Below, in pieces: positions 54,585-64,000 of a stretch of DNA of 64,000 nt. Position 1 is the stretch's first letter. The number at the start of each line of letters is the position of its first letter. The stretch is from contig NMRA01000566.1 of the NCBI GenBank assembly GCA_002633005.1, positions 165,633 to 229,632 of the forward strand, read 5' to 3'. The position numbers and the translations under genes are program-made. Source of the stretch: Phoronis australis (taxonomy: Eukaryota; Animalia; Phoronida). Below the pieces are notes generated by a model that saw only the letters and a program-made list of their open reading frames with translations, was not told the DNA's origin and made no database searches.

Positions 54585-56985
54585 CGAGTCCTTTACCCAA
54601 TGAGTTACTTGTAATAAGCCAAATTTTCCATCGTACTAGGGACAGAATAGACAATCTTTCTATTTATCCGATCATTGCCATTACCCACGGTGCAGCCTCA
54701 GTGACGTCAGAAGCTCTTTAGCCAATAGGAATTAACATCGGAAAAACACTTTCTTTATAAAAATGTGAAAGAATAATAAAGACGTGATTTGTGATATAGA
54801 CTTTATCCATAAACTAAATTGCATTAAACATGCATGTTTTGTACTTCAGGAACCTCAGTTTAAGTTCTTCACCCCTACATCAAAGACTAAAATGCGGGTT
54901 AATTTTGAGCTGAACGGAATCCCATTTTTAGAAGTCAGATGCCTTTTCAATCCTGCTGCTTGGCCAAGTGGAGCAACTTTCTTACCTCAGGAACAAAGGG
55001 GAGTTCTACAGCTGCGTACTACGGGGTGAACGTATTGCGAAGTCGACTAGTCACATGAGATATTGTAAATGTAGTCGCGTTTAGTGAGCATTAGAGCCAT
55101 TCGACATCGTCATATGTTCTTGATACCATTTTCAGGGTACTTTGTGGAAAAGGTAGGCCAACGTGACGAAACGACATTCGATAGTATGTTTTATGTTATT
55201 TTCTGAGTGCTGCTCAGAAACGCTACCGTTGACTAATAAAATGATTTGGCTCGGTCAATCGGTCTTAACCTACTTAAAAATATACATGTGATTCCATTAT
55301 AAAAACGAGGCAGACGTGCACCTTGCAAGTCAGTTCATTCCTGAGGCTATAAAAGACCAACCAAATTTCATCTTCCTCGGTTGGAAGTTTGTGGGAGGCA
55401 ATTGGTCATTATTATACCAACCCTTGTCTTCAGGATATAGTGCTTACCTCACTATTTTATTACCCTTGCCTAAATGAGACTATTATAATTTCAAGAGCAT
55501 ACCAGGTTAATACTGTTTTTCTAACTGTCGGGCACTCCTGAGGGAAGTACATACAGCACTGATATTTGCTCTTTTTGACATTTTTGGTGTCAGCAATTGC
55601 AAAATGCACTAATGCGCTTTTGCCTGGATTACAATAACTATTGCATATAAGATATGGGAAAGTAATTGAAACACTTATGCTTGACATATTATTTTTTCAA
55701 TATGGGTAAAACAGTCATGAATGAGAGCTGGTGCCTCGTGTGTCTGATATTTCATGACAGGTCTATTCCGTTGTATTCTCGGAANCGAGTCCTTTACCCA
55801 ATGAGTTACTTGTAATAAGCCAAATTTTCCATCGTACTAGGGACAGAATAGACAATCTTTCTATTTATCCGATCATTGCCATTACCCACGGTGCAGCCTC
55901 AGTGACGTCAGAAGCTCTTTAGCCAATAGGAATTAACATCGGAAAAACACTTTCTTTATAAAAATGTGAAAGAATAATAAAGACGTGATTTGTGATATAG
56001 ACTTTATCCATAAACTAAATTGCATTAAACATGCATGTTTTGTACTTCAGGAACCTCAGCTTAAGTTCTTCACCCCTACATCAAAGACTAAAATGCGGGT
56101 TAATTTTGAGCTGAACGGAATCCCATTTTTAGAAGTCAGATGCCTTTTCAATCCTGCTGCTTGGCCAAGTGGAACAACTTTCTTACCTCAGGAACAAAGG
56201 GGAGTTCTACAGCTGCGTACTACGGGGTGAACGTATTGCGAAGTCGACTAGTCACATGAGATGTTGTAAAGGTAGTCGCGTTTAGTGAGCATAAGAGCCA
56301 TTCGACATCGTCATATGTTCTTGATACTATTTTCAGGGTACTTTGTGGAAAAGGTAGGCCAACGTGACGAAACGACATTCGATAGTATGTTTTATGTTAT
56401 TTTCTGAGTGCTGCTCAGAAACGCTACCGTTGACTAATAAAATGATTCGGCTCGGTCAATCGGTCTTAACCTACTTAAAAATATACATATGACTCCATTA
56501 TAAAAACGAGGCAGACGTGCACCTTGCAAGTCAGTTCATTCCTGAGGCTATAAAAGACCAACCAAATTTCATCTTCCTCGGTTGGAAGTTTGTGGGAGGC
56601 AATTGGTCATTACCATACCAACCCTTGTCTTCAGGATATAGTGCTTACCTCACTATTTTATTACCCTCGCCTAAATGAGACTATTATAATTTCAAGAGCA
56701 TACCAGGTTAATACTGTTTTTCTAAATGTCGGGCACTCCTGAGGGAAGTACATACAGCACTGATATTTGCTCTTTTTGACATTTTTGGTGTCAGCAATTG
56801 CAAAATGCACTAATGCGCTTTTGCCTGGATTACAATAACTATTGCATATAAGATATGGAAAAGTAATTGAAACACTTATGCTTGACATATTATTTTTTCA
56901 ATATGGGTAAAACAGTCATGAATGAGAGCTGGTGCCTCGTGTGTCTGATATTTCATGACAGGTCTATTCCGTTGTATTCTCGGAA
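54585..56985. repeat. 1200-bp tandem duplication separated by a single N (probable haplotype/assembly overlap)
   Basis: 54585-55784 and 55786-56985 are collinear with about a dozen substitutions and no indels; N at 55785. Confidence 0.95.
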
Positions 56986-57749
56986 GCAAAAAAGCCTGTT
57001 GTTCGAGCGTGCCATTTTGTTTATTTAACCGTACGCGTGCAAAATCTTGGCAATGATTTTTTGAACATATGCAGGTTATGAAAAACATTGTAAGCATAGG
57101 AATCAAAAGATCATGCGAAGTTTACATTTTGAAAAATATTAGCCATCATTTTGCAAATCATTTTTTTCTATCAGCAAATTAGAGTGACGACAATGTTTTG
57201 GTGACACTGGAAACACACTTTCGTGAGCCAATTTAGTTGTCTTTTATCTCTTAAAATTTTAGAGCCTTGATCGATTTTCTCTTAGGTGACAACATTCAAA
57301 AGCTTAGGAAATTAATTCTATTACTTTGTGTAAGCATGTGAAATGTGCTGGCTTTTGTTGACACTGCAAGACACTGGGCAACACAGAAAGCGGTCAATGA
57401 ACACACGAAACTTGTAGTTTTGATCTCAAAACCCCAACTAGTATGGGCTTACTATGTATTAGCAGCCAACGCATTCACAGCTACAAAATACTCCCTATTC
57501 CAAAAATTGGGTACCCAATGGAAATCAACAGTTTTTTTGCACTTTAGAAAGGTCTGAGGGTAGCATAAATCTTCCAGCTGTGACTTGGCTTTTGAAAGCT
57601 GTAGAGTGATTATAAAAATTGCAGTTGTAAAATAGATTGGTCAGGGGCCAACAATTAGCTTCCTTTTTGTTAGAAACGGAATTAAAAAATTTAGCAGGTT
57701 GCTATTTTAGCCACCTGGCATAGCAAAGTGATTCTCAAAATGCAGGCCA

Positions 57750-58504
57750 ATCCACTACGGAAACAAATGTTCGGGGACGGCTTGGTCATCGGGCGGCTGC
57801 ACCCTGGGAAGGCGCGGCCGGGAGTGTTGGGTGGCCCTGTAAAATGCGATGCTCGGGCGGGAGCTACCCCTGGTCCTCCAGGTATATTTGTGTCAGCACT
57901 GCCATGTAGTGCACTTTCCCTTGTAGTTAAGGTATAGCTGAGTCTGACAGGTGGGTGTGGTATGTTGTCAGTGGTGGGGCCTGTCATATACAGCGACCAC
58001 AACTCCGGCTCTATGGTCGCCCAGGGTGTGGATGGGTTGCGAGCTTTGTGGGAGCGGTACTGCACTCCCCATCGTGAGGTATACAACCTGTCCCTAGGGT
58101 GATGTGCCCCAAGTCACACGTCTTGCCTGCACTCTGGAGGGGGGGGGTGTAAGCTTCAATAAATATGGAGGCAAATCCGAGAAAGGCATCGGTCCATTTC
58201 CCATTGGTTGCGACTACCTTTTTCCCACATTTCTTGCCACTCCTCTACCAGGGTCACGGCCCCCACGCGGGTGTGGCGGTGGGCAGGATTGTTCATGCAT
58301 GAACAACCCTGCCCATGTGGCACATAATGAGCCACAACACCACGTTCCGTACAATATATTTTTATCACTCCGGCTGGTCTGCTCACTCAGCTTGTACGGA
58401 ACCTGCTTTGCAGGCTGTTATAACCCAGTTGGCTGTTTGGTGTACCCACTTGGTACTTTATTATATGATATTTGCCCATTTGGCAGTTGTACCCGTTTGG
58501 TACA
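57750..58504 (+). mobile_element. 3' end of an LTR retrotransposon (PPT plus LTR)
   Basis: GC-rich internal tail, polypurine tract ggagggggggggg immediately before TGTAAGC at 58148; putative LTR ends GGTACA at 58504. Confidence 0.55.
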
Positions 58505-58877
58505 TTAGTAACCTGTGCCACTTAGTATTCGATACTTAATTACACATTGGGTATCCTAAATGTGTGTGTTATCTGTTGTAATTAAGGAACCCATCTGGTT
58601 CCTTCTGTGAAATAATCATTTGTAGAGCTGTGACTCTGAAATTCCCAATACAACCTAAAATATATATCATTGTAGTTTTATTTGTCCCCAACAAATGGTT
58701 AGGAGGAAAATTCGATTGTGCCTAAAATTGGTGAGTGCCACCTTACCACCTGCTATTAAAATGTAGATTAAAATCTATCATGGATACCAGAGTAGCCGTT
58801 TGAAATTTGCAGAAGCAGACCATAGAACTCTCCCCCTGAAATTTCAACTCTGATCTCACGGCCACTGAGTGAGACAT

Positions 58878-59029
58878 GTTTGCATTCCTTTGTTGCGGTG
58901 TGTGTATTTGTAATGGAATTTACTGTCATTAAAACTTTTCGCAACTCGGTCGTTTGCATTCCTTTGTTGCGGTGTGTGTATTTGTAATGGAATTTACTGT
59001 CATTAAAACTTTTCGCAACTCGGTCGTTT
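58878..59029. repeat. 74-bp exact tandem duplication
   Basis: gtttgcattcctttgttgcggtg...ttcgcaactcggtc x2. Confidence 0.95.
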
Positions 59030-60639
59030 CTTAATCGAATTGCCAAAGAGTCATATCAGTAAAAATACCTTTTTCAGTTATTGATGATTATACCAGAGTA
59101 AAAGACAACTAATTTTATTCACAAATAATTATCATTTCGCATACCTGACTGGTTTGAATATTTTTAATTCTAAAAAAACACTTTTTACATAATGAAAAAA
59201 ATAACAGGTTGTAATATTAACATAAAAAGGAAATGAACCAGTTATGTTATTTAAATGACCACATGTACCTAAGACAAAGGTTTTAAAATAGGGATCCCTC
59301 ACACTTTCTGTGAAAAATTTAGTAATGTATTCGTGAGAAATTTTGGTACATAATTATATATATATATATATATATACATATATAAAACGTACCGAGATTG
59401 GCGCATTAATATTCGACATGATTCCGCGTCTTGGTATCTGTCTATACGCGGAATAATGTACAGTGTGATATTACTTCATCTACCCCAATCGAGGTACGTT
59501 TACTATTTATCCCATGCGCTTCGAATTACTATTTTTTTCATTTTTTGGCAGTTTTTGTAAAAACTTCATTCAGACTGTTCACGTGGCGGATCACATTCAA
59601 TGTGTATGTACATGCGCGTTAGGTTGCAATACCTTGTTCTTCTGAAGTGTTACTGAAGTGCTAGGTTACTACTTATCGACCATACTTAAATGTTTCTAAC
59701 ATAACGCGGCAAAAATTTATGTACATGTAAGCCGCGCAGGAGATTTGGGTCGTTTTTCTACACTTAACGCCTTTTCTGTTGTCCAAGCGCGTGGAGACGT
59801 TCAGGCCATGGCTTTAGTCATCTGGGTGTGGTCCCATCGCGACGTCTGCACATCCGTCTCATCTAATGGCATAGATCTGTTCGTCGTTTGTTGCAGAGAG
59901 GTCTGTCATCGGATCCGACTCGATCGGTTTTGACCTGTGGTCCGTCGCTTTCTGATGATGAGGTCACTTGACCCTTTATCTGAGGCGCTGGCTTCGTCTG
60001 AGCCAATGTTTTCTCTTACTCCCTTTGTTGGAGCCTTCTTTGAAGTTCTGCTAAGGGTACATCAGAGTCCTCGGATCCCTTTTCATTTGTCCGAAATGGT
60101 CCCATTGACCTTGCTGTGGAGAAGTTCATTACGGCGTTTTCCCGTTGCTCCCAATTTTCTCGAGTCTGTAGCCCAACAACAATGGGAAGATGACCCGTGT
60201 AGCCAATGTCTTACACGACTGATTGACTCTATTCTGGCATTGCTGGCTGGAGGGCCAGCTCTCTTTTGTACAATATTTGCTCTAATCTCCAATAAGATCG
60301 TATCTAGCATGACTGGGCTGTGCTGTTAAAAATAAAACTTAAGTTATAACATACTTGAACATAAACCAATAGCATTTCTGAAAACCTCGTCAAGTGATGG
60401 TCATGTTTAGTTTTTGAATCGCCCAAATCTTCCAACTACAACCTACGATACAACAATCTATTCTTTGCGAACGTACCAATTCCTGGAAGATAATTGGCCT
60501 GCCTGTTGTCATACCAGACAAAAGACTGTGCTTGACAGTTAACAAAGAAGCTAGATCACACGCTCACAACCCTCTACGTCTGGTTCATGTTCTGCTTCGT
60601 CATCGGACACGTCACTTCCGCAGCTTGAACTGGGTGGAA

Positions 60640-63600
60640 CGGTATAGCGTGCCCTCCTCATTTGGGGGTAGTCGTTGCCACCCACCTTCCAGTCATCGAC
60701 CCCTTCGCGTCTCGAGTTGTCAATGTGCGACTTGGTGACCGACCTTCCAACTGGTTACGGATGACGTACGTCTTGTCAGGCAGTTGTTCCAAGACGCGCC
60801 AATAACTAGTCCATCTAGGGTCCAGTTTGCTGAATTTAGAATTATTTTCGAGGTAACCAGGATCACCAACTTCTAATTCAACTAAAACTCCACAATTATT
60901 CTCGACTGTTAGTCTTTGTTCTGATGATGTTTTATCAACCTATAAACTGTCCTAAAAACCCTGTATTGCTTTTTGTAAGATGAGCTTATGTTCTTCAAGT
61001 TCCTCGCCCACATACTTACCACGTGGCCGCATTACATGCATGTTATATACAGGAAATTTAGGGTCTCTACCGAATATAAGAAAATAACTGCCATACCCAG
61101 TATAATTAGCATGGAAATTCAAACATGACTCTGTTTGACTGAGATAAACATCCCATTGTTCCGGATGTTCAAGGCATAATCTATTCAAAACGTCACCAAA
61201 TACTTTATGCAATCGTTCGATTTCTGCCATTTGCTGTTGGATTGTAGAAACTGGTGGTAACATGCAAAATGTTGAATGATTTCAATACATCTTTCACGGT
61301 TTTGTTTACAAATTCAGAGCCGTTGTTTGAGATCAAAATGTTAATTATACCAAATAAACAAAAGGTATCAGTCGTTAGGATTCGTGCGATTGTGGCGGCA
61401 CTCTTTTCTGGCATCGGATACAACGAAGTACATGTATAATTCGAAAGCCGATCAGTCAGAGTCAAAATATATCGATTACCACTGCATGGCGGTTTCATAA
61501 GACCGACACAACTGCCAGGGGCCGTTCACCACACTGGATACCCCTAGCGGAGATTTACATGTAACTGCTTTTAGATTTCGTTGCTGGCAAGTAACGCATT
61601 CTGAGACATATTTCCTAAAGTCTTTAAACATTCTAGGCCAGAAATAACTATTTCTAGACGACTGATAGGTTCTGTCTATCCTTGCGTGTCCTAGTTGATC
61701 GTGGTATTATATGATGACCAGCGACTGTAAACGTTCGGGGACGTACAGGCGAATCTTAACGTCGCCATGATCATTGGAAACATAATAAAAGACATTTTCT
61801 TTGGGTAGATACTTATTTCCAATTCTTTTTATAGGCTTGGGAGACGATAGTTCATCCTGAACTATTGATCCTTTATTTGTTTCTCGTGCATATTCAGTTC
61901 TAACTTAGGCACTTGCAATTCAGAGGTACATGTAAGATCAGGTATACCTGTAGGAGGACTCTCCATTTCGTGAGACTTTTTAGGGTCTACTCTGCTGTTA
62001 TCTGCTACATTGCCTTGTGCTAAGGAAACCTGAAACTCGAAAATCTTATCATCTATACCTCCTATATATTTCCTCGTCAACTGCATTATCATCGTTAGAG
62101 GGCGCTCTGCTCAGCAAGTCAGCGATTGTGTTGTCCATGCCTAGGACGTGTTTATTTCAACATCATAAGCCGAAATGACTGATCATTGTGACACGTTTTA
62201 TTTTGAATGTCGCTTTTAAGCAAATAGATGAGGGACATGTGATCCGTGTAAAGCGTGGTTTTGGAGTTGTAAATATAATGTTCGAATTTCTGAAGAGCCA
62301 TCAATACCGCAAAACATTCCTTTTCAATAGTTGCTAGCGCTTTTGTGCGTCGGTCAGTTTTAGCGACATAAAGTTGATAGTTTTTTCAACGTCTTCGTCT
62401 GGAACTCTTGTACCAAACAGGCCCCAATTGCAAAATCGCTCCCGTTAGTGTAAATATATAGTATAATTCAATTTGGGATAATTTAGCATCGCCACTGCGG
62501 AAAGGTGTTCTTTGATAAATTTGAATGCGTGTTCGCATTCAGATGTGCATTTAAATCTGGCATTCCTCTTGGAGAGTTCAGTCAATGGGGTCATAATGCC
62601 TCCTAAATTAGAAATAAACCTTAGATAGTATTACAGGATCCCTTGCAGTGCTCTCACTTCTTTTAACGTGGTTGATCGTTTCACTGATCTAATAGCCGAA
62701 ATTTTGGCTGGGTGAGGGTGGATCCCTTTTTTATCTATAATGAAACCCAGATAGCTCGTTTGAGGCTTGATAAACTGGAATTTGGACAATTTCAACTTCA
62801 AATTGTGTTTTCTGAGACGCTGGAAAGCGATTTTCAGGTGTTCAACGTGTTCAGTGATACATTTGCTGTAAATAATGCTGTCATCGATATAGGCTCGGGC
62901 AAAAGAGGGTCCCTCTAAACCGATTGACATGAGTTCCTGGAAGAAACTTGGACTATTGCAAAGTCCGAATGGCAGTAACTTGAAATTGGTAAAGATTGTG
63001 ACCAGTAGAAAACCCTGGTGAAAAGGCAGTCTTTTCCTTGTCGTTAGGGTGCATTTGAATCTGCCAAAGCCCACTACGTACATGTAAGTCCAACGAACTG
63101 CATATACAAGAACCCCTGAGGTCGTTCAACATGTTATCAATTTTCGGTGGGAAGAACGAATAACCCTTGGTCACTAACCGACTGGACTAACGTTGGTTTA
63201 TCTAACACATTCACAATGTTTGCTTTACGTAATTCTTCAATCACTTTTATCTTGATACATGGGCCAGAACAGTTGATTATCTCTATTGGAGATTTACCAG
63301 CTTTGCCCGGCTTTGTTTCTGCATTTGAAATGGACAAGCCAGGTTCTGAATTTAGGGATCCGGTCGTTAAAGGTGAAACTTGGAATATTTGCTGTTTGTG
63401 GCTACCTCTGGCTGTGCAACTTCTGGCGCGACATACAATTTTGGAGTAAGGTCTGACTACAATTTCTTTGATTATTCTGACATAAAACTTGACCAGTGAA
63501 TCTTGAATTAGGGAGAGTATAAAATTCTTTTATATTAGCATTCTAAGGTCAAAGTATACACGACAATTTTTCTTATGAAGGAACAATGAGCCTTTCCCGA

Positions 63601-63815
63601 TTATCATTCTTCGATTCACATCTCGACTAACTACAAATTCATGTTTGAGAATATTGTTTCCAATTTTTAAATTCAACATGACACAAGCGAAGACATTTAA
63701 CCGTTGCTGTCTGAACTACAGGTTTTCGATTGACCATTTCTACTAAGCAACTTCCGATATAACGGATATTGCAGCACTCCAGTCGATTAATGCTCTGAGC
63801 CGCGTCTGTCCCACC
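60640..63815 (-). mobile_element. Degenerate Ty3/Gypsy retrotransposon pol (protease-RT-RNase H-integrase)
   Basis: RALID..AAISVIS protease (~63750-63800); RT SSLDL..SGLWQI..DKEKTAF, LPFGLCNSPSFFQ..AYIDD..YLGF; RNase H IEKECFAVLMALQKFEHYLY..TDH; integrase HDQLGH..YFWPRM..CVTCQQ, LISNNGSEF..YNPTANG; many frameshifts and stops. Confidence 0.92.
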
Positions 63816-64000
63816 TGGGCCCGGTCTCCAATCTCCGTACTCAGACTCATACTCATACTCGAGATTTCATACTCAAAATCGTGCTCACTGGAGTCGTACT
63901 CAAAAAAGCGTATCTAATGTCGTATTTCGAGTAGACTCCAAACGTACTCAAATCTGACACTCATACTCGAGTTGCTATGGAACTCTTTATAATGTGAAAT
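63816..64000. mobile_element. TACTC/GAGTA-motif-rich insertion interrupting the Gypsy element upstream of the protease
   Basis: Abrupt switch from pol coding sequence to gggcccggtctccaatctcc followed by repeated tactc/actca motifs; the other end lies beyond the window. Confidence 0.45.

Noticed and set aside
57691-58539. Several 70-134 aa ORFs
   Set aside because: They are overlapping ORFs in GC-rich LTR/internal sequence with no recognisable domain
59937-60329. 130-aa plus-strand ORF
   Set aside because: It is an antisense shadow of the Gypsy 3' region with no independent support

Overview
Eukaryotic (invertebrate animal) AT-rich genomic DNA with spliceosomal introns and dense transposon debris. 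Three host genes can be reconstructed by eye, all on the minus strand and all probably extracellular. (1) A fibrinogen-related (FReD) gene at ~2.9-5.8 kb, which lacks one expected internal exon. (2) A complete 24-exon, ~1140-aa VWDE-like gene at 10151-34109: signal peptide, UMOD/GP2/OIT3-type D8C domain, VWD with GDPH, EGF, Thr-rich linker and two unusual 10-Cys C-terminal repeats. (3) An orphan Cys-rich gene with PGTTAS repeats at ~47.9-50.6 kb, whose 5' exon is unresolved. Mobile DNA includes a decayed RAG1-like (RAGL/Transib-family) transposase remnant inside the FReD intron, a young PIF/Harbinger element, Kolobok and Sola3 elements with TTAA TSDs, small hAT-like MITEs with 5-bp or 8-bp TSDs, a Helentron-type non-autonomous element, a Penelope retroelement carrying a minimal hammerhead ribozyme, and Gypsy LTR-retrotransposon remains. 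A 1.2-kb tandem duplication split by a single N is probably an assembly artefact. All family assignments come from motif recognition by eye; no database searches were run.
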